A DNA stretch of 64,000 bases from contig CAZAXH010000004.1 in assembly GCA_964489065.1 (NCBI GenBank), positions 150,304 through 214,303 of the forward strand, given 5' to 3'. The stretch is from an uncultured Planctomycetales bacterium. Its GTDB lineage: Bacteria > Omnitrophota > Gorgyraeia > Zapsychrales > JANLHA01. Below are positions 1 through 9,680 of the stretch, in pieces. The stretch's first letter is position 1. Each line of letters begins with the position of its first letter. The position numbers and the translations under genes were made by a program. The notes under the pieces are model-generated. The model was given only the letters and a program-made list of their open reading frames with translations. It was not told where the DNA came from and did no database searches.

Positions 1-1288
1 TGAACATTCGGTAAGGCTCTTCCGTCCCTTTAGTGATCAGGTCATCAATTAAAACACCGATATACGATTCATCCCGACCCAAAATGACCGGCTCCTTATC
101 CAAAACAGCGCAGGCTGCGTTAATCCCGGCCACGATCCCCTGCGCCGCCGCCTCTTCATATCCGGTCGTGCCGTTCACCTGCCCCGCGCAATAAAGCCCG
201 CCGATTCTTTTGGTTTCCAGCGTGCCCTTTAATTCCGTGGCGCGGATGACGCCATGTTCAATAGAGTACCCGTAACGGTTTATTTTAACCCGTTCGAGCC
301 CCGGGATAGACCGCACGAACATCTCCTGCACTTCAGCCGGCAAACCGGTGGAAATCCCATTGGGATAATATTCATCGGTGTCCAGCCCCTCCGGCTCCAG
401 GAAAACATGATGGGAAGATTTATCCCCGAATTTCTTTAATTTATCTTCAATCGAAGGGCAATACCGTACACCGGTTGAATGAATCTGCCCCGAATACATG
501 GGCGATAAATGCATATTAGCGCGGATGATATCATGCGTTTTCTCGCAAGTCCGAGTGATATAACAGGAAAGCAGTCTCTGTCCCGGAGGGATAAACGGCG
601 TCCGGAATGAAAACGGCCATGGAGGGTTATCCGAATGCTGAACCTCCATAGAAGAAAAGTCGATCGTCTTCCCGTCAAGTCGGGGAGGAGTTCCGGTTTT
701 AAACGACAGGACTTCAAACCCCAGATCTGACAAACTGGCGGCCAAAGACACGCAGGCCGGCTCATCAATGCGCCCGCCCGGGATAATAGTCCGGCCGATA
801 TGGATCCGCCCGTTTAAAAATGTCCCGCCGGCGATCACAACCGTCGGGGCGCCCAGTATCAGCCCCTGACGCGTCTTGACTCCGGTAACCCGGGATCCGC
901 GGCACAGCAACGTACAGGCCTCGTCTTCCAGGACCGTCAACCGCGCCTGCCGGTGGACAACGTCCTGCATATATTCCCGATATCGTTTACGGTCACTTTG
1001 GCACCGGCTGGAACGAACCGCCTGTCCTTTCGAGGCGTTCAGCCTCCTAAACTGGATGCCCGTGCGGTCGGCGGCCAAAGCCATTTCCCCGCCCAGGCAG
1101 TCGATCTCCTTCACCAGTTGTCCTTTGCCGACGCCCCCCACGGCCGGATTGCAGCTCATCTGCCCTATCGTGGAAAAAGACAACGTCAACAAAAGCGTCT
1201 CACAGCCCATACGGCTCGCCGCCAAGGCCGCTTCAACCCCCGCATGGCCTCCCCCCACCACAATACACTGATATTCCCGGTCAAACAT
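1..1288 (-). CDS. mnmG: tRNA uridine-5-carboxymethylaminomethyl modification enzyme MnmG (GidA); N-terminus at 1288, C-terminal part runs off the window start
   Basis: Reverse complement of 1238-1288 reads MFDREYQCIVVGGGHAGVEAA, the FAD-binding GGGHAG motif typical of MnmG. The frame stays open to position 1. It is absent from the ORF track only because its stop lies outside the window. SD GGAAGA lies upstream. Confidence 0.85.
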   Translation of the reverse strand, partial: MFDREYQCIVVGGGHAGVEAALAASRMGCETLLLTLSFSTIGQMSCNPAVGGVGKGQLVKEIDCLGGEMALAADRTGIQFRRLNASKGQAVRSSRCQSDRKRYREYMQDVVHRQARLTVLEDEACTLLCRGSRVTGVKTRQGLILGAPTVVIAGGTFLNGRIHIGRTIIPGGRIDEPACVSLAASLSDLGFEVLSFKTGTPPRLDGKTIDFSSMEVQHSDNPPWPFSFRTPFIPPGQRLLSCYITRTCEKTHDIIRANMHLSPMYSGQIHSTGVRYCPSIEDKLKKFGDKSSHHVFLEPEGLDTDEYYPNGISTGLPAEVQEMFVRSIPGLERVKINRYGYSIEHGVIRATELKGTLETKRIGGLYCAGQVNGTTGYEEAAAQGIVAGINAACAVLDKEPVILGRDESYIGVLIDDLITKGTEEPYRMF

Positions 1289-1302
1289 AATGGAATCTTC
1301 CG

Positions 1303-1476
1303 TTATTTTTTATTCATCGTTAATGCCAGAATAGAATTCATGACCGCAAAAACAAACGATAGGAATGCAATCAGGTTTAAGTCCTCATATTGAAAATCCT
1401 TAAAAGTTGCGGCAAAAACGGCCAGGATCGTCAACCCCCATAAAAAGTACATGAAAATTGTTATAGCTTTATGCAT
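1303..1476 (-). CDS. possible small hydrophobic membrane protein (57 aa) immediately upstream of mnmG
   Basis: ATG at 1476, preceded by GGTGAGGA. One predicted TM helix (MHKAITIFMYFLWGLTILAVFAATF...). Below the ORF-track size cutoff and has no homology support. Confidence 0.3.
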   Translation of the reverse strand: MHKAITIFMYFLWGLTILAVFAATFKDFQYEDLNLIAFLSFVFAVMNSILALTMNKK

Positions 1477-1654
1477 ACACAATCCTCACCTTGAGCCTAA
1501 GGTTAATTTATTAAACTAACGCTAAATTATTGATTTGTCAATGTTTTCGTTCTGGGCCCCGCCAGTCCCAACCAGGTTTCGCGCATTTCAGCCGCTCCTC
1601 CCAATAAACTTTAAAGACTAAGGCAGACCACGAGGATTCGAAGTGACAGCATTT

Positions 1655-2659
1655 TTACTTGGGCGCTCGGCAGGAATCACGAACGACAAGCTGCGGGGTT
1701 AAAACCATCTGAACCGCGGATTTTTTTTTCCCGGACATAATATTCTGCAGATATTTCACCGCGTATTCGGCCATCTGAAACAGCGATTGCCGGATTGTGG
1801 TCAAAGCAATAGGACCATAAAGGCTGGCCGGATTATCGTCGAATCCGATCACGGATATATCATCAGGCACCTTCATCCCTCTCTCCTGTATGACAGCAAT
1901 GACCTCCAAAGCCATATCATCACTGGCGACAAAGACCGCGGTCGGCGGCTGAGGAAGCGCCAGAAGCTTCTCCATCGCACCCCTGGCACTGCGGCGGGAA
2001 TAATCCCCTTCGAGCACATATTCATCTTTCACCGGAATGTTTTCCTTCTGAAGCCCCTGCCGGAAGCCCTCAAAGCGCTGCAACCCGGCCTGCGTCTGCA
2101 GAGTGCCGGTAACCGTGGCGATGCGTTGGTGCCCCAAGCTGACAAGGTAATCGGCGGCAATGCGGCCGCCTGCCACATTATCGATCCCGATATAATTCAC
2201 ATCCAGATCATCCACGACATTGTTAATGACCATACAAGGGACATGGGCGGCCAAGGTCTCTTCAACCTGTTTCCGGTTCTCAATAATATCGGCAAAAATG
2301 ACGCCTCCGACGCTATTCGTATTAAGCGGATTAAAACCATTGGTAATATGAAAAACCAAATCCAAGCGCAGGGTCTCGCAGGCATGCCCCACACCCCGGA
2401 TAATTTCGATGGCATAAAAAGAATAAAAAATCCCAGGATATCCGGGCATGACCAGCCCGATAGCATTATTAGTGCCGCTGGCCAGACGCTGGGCGCTGAC
2501 ATCCGGCTTGTATTTCAAAGCCGCGATCGCTTCTTCTACTTTAGAACGGTTATGCTGGCTGACGGTGGGAACATCATTAATGACACGCGAAACGGTCGTA
2601 ATGGAAACCTTAGCGCGGCGGGCGACATCTTCTATGCTGACTTTACGTTGCCTGGTCAC
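1655..2659 (-). CDS. LacI-family transcriptional regulator
   Basis: N-terminal HTH (RQRKVSIEDVARRAKVSITTVSRVIN) followed by a periplasmic-binding-protein-like sugar-binding fold. GTG start. Confidence 0.85.
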   Translation of the reverse strand: MTRQRKVSIEDVARRAKVSITTVSRVINDVPTVSQHNRSKVEEAIAALKYKPDVSAQRLASGTNNAIGLVMPGYPGIFYSFYAIEIIRGVGHACETLRLDLVFHITNGFNPLNTNSVGGVIFADIIENRKQVEETLAAHVPCMVINNVVDDLDVNYIGIDNVAGGRIAADYLVSLGHQRIATVTGTLQTQAGLQRFEGFRQGLQKENIPVKDEYVLEGDYSRRSARGAMEKLLALPQPPTAVFVASDDMALEVIAVIQERGMKVPDDISVIGFDDNPASLYGPIALTTIRQSLFQMAEYAVKYLQNIMSGKKKSAVQMVLTPQLVVRDSCRAPK

Positions 2660-2670
2660 GTTATCCTGAA

Positions 2671-3999
2671 TTATCGTACGACGTCACCCACACGGATGGA
2701 GGTGACTTTGTTTTTAATATCCGCGGCGGCAATGTCTTTGCGCACCTGGATCACTTCCAGAGCCGCGACATACTCCGCTCCCCGGTAAACACTCATATTA
2801 TCCCCCAGCTTTAGACCGTCATTCTGGCCTAAATCAACGATAACAAAATTATTTTCATCATTCACGGAAACAATATTGCCGTCAAACCCCGGAGCGGGCA
2901 AAACGACTTCCGGGATCCCCTCGCTCTTTTCTCCAGCGCCGGAAACGACAATCGGCGGAAGCTCCACGGCCTTGGAAGACGCTCCTGACATCTGAAAATT
3001 TTTCTCCAGGCTGTCCTTAATTTGCCAGATCTCATCAATGCGGTTTTGAATGACATGCTCGGTTTCCATCAGTTTCCGCTCCACGTCCTTCTTTTCATCC
3101 TGCAGACGCACAATACTCTTTTCCAAAGCAATTTTAGTCGAACTCAAGTCTTTGATCTGAGACCGCAAGGCCATGTTTTCCTCGTTAAGTTTCGCGAAGC
3201 GGCCATTTAAAAATTCCTTATCATTTTCCGCCCGGGCTAGGGCCAGAGATAAATTGTCCGCCAAATCTTTCCCGTGTTTGATTTCCCGCTCAATAGAATC
3301 TTTGGTGGTAACCAACTCCGAAATTTCCAGCTCCAAGTCTGAGTTTGATTTCTTTAAGGCTTCCAACTCGAGCATATTGGCATCCAGTTTCTTTTTTAAA
3401 GCATTCACTTCCAGTTCAAGGGAAGTTTTCTCGCGGATGACCTGCGCCCAATAAGTTTCATTATCCGGCGGCACATCAGGGATATTGTTCGTCGATATTC
3501 TTTGACCGGGAGAAGACGGTTCCGGCTTGTTATCTGCCGCGGGGCTGACAGAAGCAACCGTCCCCGGAGGCTCCACCGGCGCTCCGGTTTCCCGCTCCAC
3601 ATATTTATAGACAATTTGCGGTTCGGATTTTTCTTTGACCTTAGATAACAAGGTGGTCCGCTCTTTTTCCAGCGCCGCTATTTTTTCCTGCAAGACATTC
3701 CGTTCGCCGGTCAAATCCGCAATCTGTTTGTTCAGGGACTCCACATCACCATCGAAAGAACTTAAGCGCTCTTCCAACTCGGATTTCTTTTTCTCAACAT
3801 CTTTCAGCTTTTCCTGCAGGTCTTTATTTTCAAAGATATATTTTTTCTCCCGTTGCTGAAAATCATCCACCTGTTTCTCCAAAGATATCTTTGATTTATC
3901 AGACTCTTGTTTCTGAAAAGCAATATACGTTAGCAATCCGACGGAGACAAAAAGCAATAAGAGCAAGAAAACTAAGATAGACTTTGCAGCTCTCGACAT
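2671..3999 (-). CDS. membrane-anchored long coiled-coil protein with C-terminal beta domain
   Basis: N-terminal TM helix, roughly 300 aa of heptad-rich E/K/L sequence, and a C-terminal domain (NIVSVNDENNFVIVDLGQNDGLKLGDNMSVYRG). Strong SD AAGGAGA before the ATG at 3999. Confidence 0.6.
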   Translation of the reverse strand: MSRAAKSILVFLLLLLFVSVGLLTYIAFQKQESDKSKISLEKQVDDFQQREKKYIFENKDLQEKLKDVEKKKSELEERLSSFDGDVESLNKQIADLTGERNVLQEKIAALEKERTTLLSKVKEKSEPQIVYKYVERETGAPVEPPGTVASVSPAADNKPEPSSPGQRISTNNIPDVPPDNETYWAQVIREKTSLELEVNALKKKLDANMLELEALKKSNSDLELEISELVTTKDSIEREIKHGKDLADNLSLALARAENDKEFLNGRFAKLNEENMALRSQIKDLSSTKIALEKSIVRLQDEKKDVERKLMETEHVIQNRIDEIWQIKDSLEKNFQMSGASSKAVELPPIVVSGAGEKSEGIPEVVLPAPGFDGNIVSVNDENNFVIVDLGQNDGLKLGDNMSVYRGAEYVAALEVIQVRKDIAAADIKNKVTSIRVGDVVR

Positions 4000-4202
4000 A
4001 TCATCTCCTTATGATAATAATATTTATAAGCTTGATATGAATATAACAAAGGATAGGAAGCAGCACAAGGAAAAAAGAAACAAAATGCGGATAGAAATAA
4101 CCCGAAGGATGATCCTGCTAAGGACAGCAAGGGGCCATCATCAAACCAAGGCTCTGAAGTAAATATCGACGGGCTTGCTGCGGCAAACCCGCGGACAACG
4201 AC

Positions 4203-4231
4203 AAAAAGGGCCGGTTTCCCGGCCCTTTTTT
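4203..4231. terminator. bidirectional intrinsic terminator
   Basis: GGGCCGG-tttc-CCGGCCC hairpin flanked by an A-run and a T-run, between the lipoprotein gene stop and the next gene. Confidence 0.7.
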
Positions 4232-4258
4232 AAAAAATTATTGCAAGCGGTGTTCCTG

Positions 4259-4900
4259 TTATTGATATTGAATATTATCCAGATAAAACGTGCAGGTGTC
4301 TGGATTGACGTCCACATTCGTCGACCAGGAAAACCCGCCGCTCACATAAGATAAATCACGGCCCCGCAAATCGATTGTATATTTGCGCCACTCGTTTGTC
4401 AAAATCACCGGCCCGATGATCGCCATATCAGAATCCGGGAAATCCCCGGTAATCCCGCCCATTTTAAATTCCTCAATACGCTCGCCGCCTTTTTCCCCTT
4501 TCGCCCAAAAGCTCAGCTCCCGTGCGCCGTCAAGGTTAAACCCGCCTTTGCGATTGCCCCAGTTATTCGCCGGGTTCAGCCAATAAATACCCGCCCATTT
4601 CTGATCATCCTTCGAGCATGCCACGTCATACTCAACACGAATACATGTTTTACCGTCATAGCAATTTTCCTGCCACGCGTCGTTAAAATTGATGCATTTC
4701 CCGTTCGGCATAAAACCGGAAGGGACAAAATGATTTCCCCGGGACCCTTTATCTTGGTATACGAGGAACGGCTGAAAAGTGGTTTCTTCCTGTGCCACAT
4801 TTCGGTCAGGCTGCCCCTCTGAACTCCCCCGAGAGCTTTGGTTGCAGCCCCCGCATACGAGCAGAAAACACAGCCCCCCAAAAAAGACAGTCTTATTCAT
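4259..4900 (-). CDS. secreted lipoprotein, possible carbohydrate-binding beta-sandwich
   Basis: ATG at 4900 gives MNKTVFFGGLCFLLVCGGC, a signal peptide with a Cys near the cleavage region. W/G/N-rich beta-type sequence. Last gene of the glycan locus. Confidence 0.55.
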   Translation of the reverse strand: MNKTVFFGGLCFLLVCGGCNQSSRGSSEGQPDRNVAQEETTFQPFLVYQDKGSRGNHFVPSGFMPNGKCINFNDAWQENCYDGKTCIRVEYDVACSKDDQKWAGIYWLNPANNWGNRKGGFNLDGARELSFWAKGEKGGERIEEFKMGGITGDFPDSDMAIIGPVILTNEWRKYTIDLRGRDLSYVSGGFSWSTNVDVNPDTCTFYLDNIQYQ

Positions 4901-4970
4901 AAAACATCTCGCCCTTTCATTAAAATCATTTCCCATCACTTAAAATTAAATTGATCGCAGGATAATAAAG

Positions 4971-5018
4971 AAAAACAGGATCCTCAAGTTGAGGAACACC
5001 CTTAAGGATCCTGTTTTA
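4971..5018 (-). terminator. long imperfect hairpin downstream of the repeat-protein gene
   Basis: AACAGGATCC...GGATCCTGTT inverted repeat with a nested CCTCAA/TTGAGG, followed on the minus strand by a T-rich run. Confidence 0.35.
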
Positions 5019-5056
5019 AAAATACGGATCAATCCAGAGACAAAAAAGAGGAGAAA

Positions 5057-5917
5057 TTATTCTTCCTCCAAAGCCTCAAGTTTCTGTTGGGCGCCTTCCG
5101 CCGGCTTCCAGAACCAGCCCTTGGGGTCCCAACACTGTGAAAAATAATAGTCATCAACCAGCTTCTTGAAATTCTTCTTGGCTTCTTCTTTGTTGCCGGC
5201 ATTCAAATAAGCTTCGCCTCTGATAAAAAGGCAGGTCCCAACGTCATTCAGCGCCCAGTATGAAAAAATCTTGTCTTTCGACTCCCAAGCGTATTCGGTC
5301 ATGGATTCCTGCATCTCTTTAGCTTTGGCCTCATAAAGCTCCAAACACTTATTCGTGTAAGCAACAACGCTGTCCAAATCCTTATTAGCAAGGGCTTCCC
5401 ATGCTTTGACGGTCAACGTCATAGACGTATAGTCACCGAAGTCCAAATTAGAACCAGATTCGATCATGGCGATCTTTTCTTTTGCGGCCTCCGCCGGTTT
5501 CCAAAACCACCCCTTCGGGTCCCAGCATTGACCATACGTATACTCGTCCACCACCGTCTGATACGCCTTCACCGCTTCATCCGTCATTTTAGCTTTGCGG
5601 TACGCTTCCCCCTGGATAAACAGGCCGGTCGCAATATCGTTCAACGCCCAGTATGAAAAAATTTCATCGTTCGTACCTGTCGGATAAGCCGTCAGACTGG
5701 CCTGCATCTTTTTGGCCTGCTCGGCGTATAATTCAACGCATTTATTCGTGTAAGCCAAAACGGCCTCCAAGTCGTTTTCTCCCAAGGCCTGCCAGGCGTT
5801 CGTGATCAACGTGACAGAGCGGTAATCCCCAAAATTATAGGCAGCGGCGGGCACAGGAATGGCTAAAGACACTCCTACCATGGCCATCATCATGCATAAT
5901 AAAATCTTTTTGTACAT
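5057..5917 (-). CDS. secreted protein composed of two tandem copies of a Trp-rich helical domain (QCWDPKGWFWKPAE motif)
   Basis: Signal peptide, then two roughly 130-aa repeats (aa 27-156 and 157-286) with about 60% identity. Each ends in [YF]xQCWDPKGWFWKPAE. Confidence 0.8.
   Translation of the reverse strand: MYKKILLCMMMAMVGVSLAIPVPAAAYNFGDYRSVTLITNAWQALGENDLEAVLAYTNKCVELYAEQAKKMQASLTAYPTGTNDEIFSYWALNDIATGLFIQGEAYRKAKMTDEAVKAYQTVVDEYTYGQCWDPKGWFWKPAEAAKEKIAMIESGSNLDFGDYTSMTLTVKAWEALANKDLDSVVAYTNKCLELYEAKAKEMQESMTEYAWESKDKIFSYWALNDVGTCLFIRGEAYLNAGNKEEAKKNFKKLVDDYYFSQCWDPKGWFWKPAEGAQQKLEALEEE
5060..5839 (-). repeat. in-frame tandem duplication (2 x ~390 bp) inside the CDS
   Basis: The two halves align at about 70% nucleotide identity, e.g. 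gccggcttccagaaccagcccttggggtcccaacactg versus gccggtttccaaaaccaccccttcgggtcccagcattg. Confidence 0.7.
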
Positions 5918-6150
5918 CTCTAAGGTCCCTCCAGTTGGTTAAACGCGATTTCCTTTCAAATGAATTTCTTATATTAAGGCCCCTATGCCTTCCGAGGCAA
6001 TCTAACCTTGCGGTCAGATACGGGTAATAAAAAATTTAATCAGTTCTCCACACCCCCTCTCCTATTAAGATATATACCAAAAAACAACGGAGTAATTATA
6101 GCATTTTTACCCGTTATTTAGCAAATTGAATCTTAGCCCAACCCCCGTCT

Positions 6151-8772
6151 TCAGTTCCAAGCTTCCTTGTAAAACTCATAACTCTTCCGCAACTGACGCA
6201 TAAACGGGCTGTGCGTCCCATTGCCCTGACTTGTAATACCAAACCATTCCTCATAATAATACCCTCCGGGGAAAGGCCCGATGGCATCAGAACGGCGGTC
6301 ATGATAAAATGGCTCGTAATTCTTCCACCATTCATCCGTCCACTCAAAGACAACCCCTCCCAGGGCGTTCCCGGCCCCTTCCGCATGCCCTGCCATATTG
6401 GCTTCAATATCATGCCAGTTGCCACGATGATAATTCATCTGCGCCTCCTCGCCTTCCGCTTTCGTGAGATGCTTGGCATAGGCCGGGCAACCGTATTCTG
6501 TAATAAAAGCCGCTTTCCCGGTTGACTCCTGAACCTGTTGCCAGAAAGCGCCAAAACCATAGTCCCCGCGGTAAACATTGGCCGCAAAAATATCAATATC
6601 CGGCGCATTCTTCGCAAAAATATCCAAATACAGGGTATCGCCGTTACATAATGCTACCGGATGATTAGGATCAATGCTCTTGATCATTTTAGCCACTTCA
6701 TTGGCAAACTTGTAATACGCTTCTGGTTTTTTGTCCGCGTTAGAGGCGACCCCGTAATTATTCTCGTTTCCCAAAAGCCAAAACAAAAGATACGGCTCGT
6801 CCTTATGTTCCATGACCATCTGACGGACGGATTCCATCATATTCTTCTGATGTTCCGGATTTTCATAATCGGTCCCCTCAAACCAGGTTGCCCCGGACCC
6901 CAGAGTATATTTCCCAAGAAAATCGCCTAAGATCACCCGGATACCATGTTCTTCATAAAGCTTACGGAAAACCTCTTTATCCGGTTTAATCGGCTGCTGG
7001 TATTCGCGAATGGTGTTGCCGCCCATCTCCTTAATCAGCTTGAAATCCCCGACCACCGGCTCATCCGGGTCCTGCTGATTGTTGCCGTTTCTATCCACCC
7101 AGGAATCATAAGGGCCGTCCGGCTTGCCGTTCTTATTGGTGTCTTCATACATCCAGGACACCAAGGTTCCCTTGTCCGGACTCTGGCCGATCTTGGTCGG
7201 AGCATAAGTAATCCCTTTGATAACATAGGGGTTGCCATCGACAAAAAGTTGCCAGTGCCCGTTATCATACTGAACGAGTGACACCTTGCCTTCTCCCAAA
7301 CGCCGGGCAACATTCCGTAACGGCACCTTTTTTTGATCCAGGTTCAGGCTTCCCTTCACCTTATCCATCCAGCCCCTTTCCTGAACGACCCCGGGATACG
7401 TGACAACAATGTCATTGCTGACATCGTTGTCAAAACCGTTTTTAACTTCTATTTTCATCCACTTCACTTTTAAATTTAATTCCGGATGAGACCGCACCAA
7501 ATAAACAATCTTGGAAACCGCGGCCTGGGCCGGATACCAGGGCGTCTGCCAGTAAGTCCACCCGACCGTTTTGGGAAAATGGACAACAATGGCCTGGTAA
7601 GTTTTAATGGCTTCATAATACATCTGCGCTTTTTCAAAAATCATACCCAGGTAAAAAAGCTTGACCCCTCCGGGTTCCGGAGCCGTCGCCCATTTATAAA
7701 AAGCCGCCTCCAGGTCATCGCTATGAACAAAATCCCAGTGGCTTCCTTCCAGGCGGCCCTCCTTTTTGGCCTGTTTATATTTCGGATCCTTAAACACATC
7801 GGCGGTATTAGGGTATATCCCTTCTCCGACAGCCTCCTTCAAGCCCTTAAGATCGTTGATCTTATAATGATACCGATCTGTCCCCACGTCCAGGAACTCG
7901 CCGTATTTATGATAATCGACCACTTGATCTGTCCCGGGAAACGCCAGCGAGGGGAGGGTCTTCAACCGTGTCGGCGGCTCCTCCACCTCCTCTTCAACTT
8001 TCCCGGTCATGACATCAATACTTGCCTGGCTCTTTTCCGCCACCGACCAGTACGACCCGCGGGAAGGGTCCCAGGCCTGCGCCCAAGGATATTCATCAAT
8101 GATCTTCTGAAAGGTCGCGATCGACTCTTCCGTGCGTCCGTAATTCATCATGGCTTCCGCCTGGACAAAAAAGAGAGTGGCCACCGCATTCAAATAAGGA
8201 TAATCCTTTTCCTTGCCGCGCCCGGGAAATCCGGACAACGACGCTTCTTCTTTGCGGGCCTCGGCGTCAAAAAGCGTTAAAGCCACCCCCACCAGCTTAT
8301 CCAACGGCTCCAGCTTCCTCTGGCTGGACAATTCCCACGCCTTCCGGACAAAATCCTCCGTCGTCGCCCCGGCTTCAAGTTCAATGTCCGCGTAAGGGAA
8401 ATTCCCGTCTGCCGGTAATGTAATAACACTCTTTTCCGCAGAAACATCCTGTGCGACTTCTCCCTCGGCATTACCGCCCTTTTCCACGGCCGCTTCAGCC
8501 GCCGGAGATTCTGTTTCCGCCGCCGGAACGGCTCCTTCCGGAACGCTCCCGGCCGCGGCTTCAGAGCCCTGGGCTTCCTGCTGTACCGTGTCTGGAGCAA
8601 GGGAACTCTCCTGCTTCACCGGCTCTTGCGCCTCAACGGTCGTTTGAATAGCCGGGCTTTCGCCAGCCGCTTCCTGAGCATAGCCGAATGTCGCCGGGCT
8701 TAACAGGAAAATTCCCGCCAAAAGTATTGATAATCGCGACACAGTTTTTTCCCCTTGATTATTTTTTTTCAC
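6151..8772 (-). CDS. secreted multidomain glycoside hydrolase: signal peptide, A/E-rich linker, two copies of the Trp-rich helical domain, then a clan GH-A TIM-barrel (GH2/GH5-like) catalytic domain
   Basis: Candidate catalytic motifs LLGNENNYG and ITEYGCP plus DEWWK. N-terminal half contains YPWAQAWDPSRGSYWSVAE and VGWTYWQTPWYPAQAA, matching the domain in 5057-5917. GTG start with GGGAGG SD. Confidence 0.75.
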   Translation of the reverse strand: MKKNNQGEKTVSRLSILLAGIFLLSPATFGYAQEAAGESPAIQTTVEAQEPVKQESSLAPDTVQQEAQGSEAAAGSVPEGAVPAAETESPAAEAAVEKGGNAEGEVAQDVSAEKSVITLPADGNFPYADIELEAGATTEDFVRKAWELSSQRKLEPLDKLVGVALTLFDAEARKEEASLSGFPGRGKEKDYPYLNAVATLFFVQAEAMMNYGRTEESIATFQKIIDEYPWAQAWDPSRGSYWSVAEKSQASIDVMTGKVEEEVEEPPTRLKTLPSLAFPGTDQVVDYHKYGEFLDVGTDRYHYKINDLKGLKEAVGEGIYPNTADVFKDPKYKQAKKEGRLEGSHWDFVHSDDLEAAFYKWATAPEPGGVKLFYLGMIFEKAQMYYEAIKTYQAIVVHFPKTVGWTYWQTPWYPAQAAVSKIVYLVRSHPELNLKVKWMKIEVKNGFDNDVSNDIVVTYPGVVQERGWMDKVKGSLNLDQKKVPLRNVARRLGEGKVSLVQYDNGHWQLFVDGNPYVIKGITYAPTKIGQSPDKGTLVSWMYEDTNKNGKPDGPYDSWVDRNGNNQQDPDEPVVGDFKLIKEMGGNTIREYQQPIKPDKEVFRKLYEEHGIRVILGDFLGKYTLGSGATWFEGTDYENPEHQKNMMESVRQMVMEHKDEPYLLFWLLGNENNYGVASNADKKPEAYYKFANEVAKMIKSIDPNHPVALCNGDTLYLDIFAKNAPDIDIFAANVYRGDYGFGAFWQQVQESTGKAAFITEYGCPAYAKHLTKAEGEEAQMNYHRGNWHDIEANMAGHAEGAGNALGGVVFEWTDEWWKNYEPFYHDRRSDAIGPFPGGYYYEEWFGITSQGNGTHSPFMRQLRKSYEFYKEAWN

Positions 8773-8795
8773 AATAAAAACCCTCCCAGTTTTGA

Positions 8796-9668
8796 TTATC
8801 CAACAACAGCGCCGGATGATAATCCTTTAATAATATGCTTCTGCATCAGAAGATAGACCACAATAATTGGCACGGCAGCGATGGTCAACCCCGCCATCAA
8901 AAGAGGATAGTCCGAAAGGTATGTCCCCTGAAAAACCATAAGCCCCCTTTGGATCGGCATAATGGTGGGATGATTGGGAATGTCATTCAACAACAACATC
9001 GCCAAGATATACTCGTTCCAGACATTTAAGGCGTTAAAGATCACGATAACGGCAATGGCCGGCCTGGCCAACGGGATAGCCACATGCCTCCATATCCCCA
9101 GTTTCGAGCAGCCGTCAATACGGGCAGCGTCTTCCAGGTCCGGCGGCATCTTGTCAAAAAACGTCTTTAAAAGCAAAATACTTAAAGACAGGCCCACATT
9201 GATCATGCAGAGCACATACCCCAGTTGCCGGACAAAGGGATAAGGCGAATTAATGAATCCCAGCTTTGTCATCAATACCGTTAACGGAACGAAGCTTCCC
9301 GGCAGGGGAATCATCATGGCCATGACAAACATGTAAAAGAAAAAATTTTTTCCCGGGAATTCTAGGCGGGAGAAAGCATAAGCGGCCAGAGAGGACACCA
9401 CCACAATCCCTATGACGACGGAAACCGTGTAGATAATGCTGTTGAGCGAATACATGGCGAACTGCCCCTGCGTCCAGGCCTTCACGAAATTATCAAAATG
9501 GATCTCCGCCGGAATCAGGGATTTATCCGTAAAAATCGTTTTGTTGCTCATCAGCGCCGAACGCGCCATCCAGAATAACGGGAATAAACAGGTTATCGTC
9601 ACGGTCAGGAGAAAAACGTGAATCAAGGTTGCCTTAACGTCCCGGATCACTCTATATTTATTGATCAT
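8796..9668 (-). CDS. carbohydrate ABC transporter permease (MalG-like)
   Basis: Six TM helices and the EAA-loop signature DAARIDGCSKLGIWRHVAIPLARPA. Confidence 0.85.
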   Translation of the reverse strand: MINKYRVIRDVKATLIHVFLLTVTITCLFPLFWMARSALMSNKTIFTDKSLIPAEIHFDNFVKAWTQGQFAMYSLNSIIYTVSVVIGIVVVSSLAAYAFSRLEFPGKNFFFYMFVMAMMIPLPGSFVPLTVLMTKLGFINSPYPFVRQLGYVLCMINVGLSLSILLLKTFFDKMPPDLEDAARIDGCSKLGIWRHVAIPLARPAIAVIVIFNALNVWNEYILAMLLLNDIPNHPTIMPIQRGLMVFQGTYLSDYPLLMAGLTIAAVPIIVVYLLMQKHIIKGLSSGAVVG

Positions 9669-9680
9669 GCCCTTTCCTTT

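Noticed and set aside
1787-2788. 333-aa plus-strand ORF antisense to the LacI gene. Similar long antisense ORFs occur at 7486-8280, 12896-13762, 27192-27905, 28611-29399, 35539-36264, 43080-43715, 55524-56300 and 58841-59488.
   Set aside because: Each lies entirely inside a well-supported gene on the opposite strand, has no SD, and has low-complexity Arg/Pro/Gly-rich translation typical of GC-rich antisense frames.
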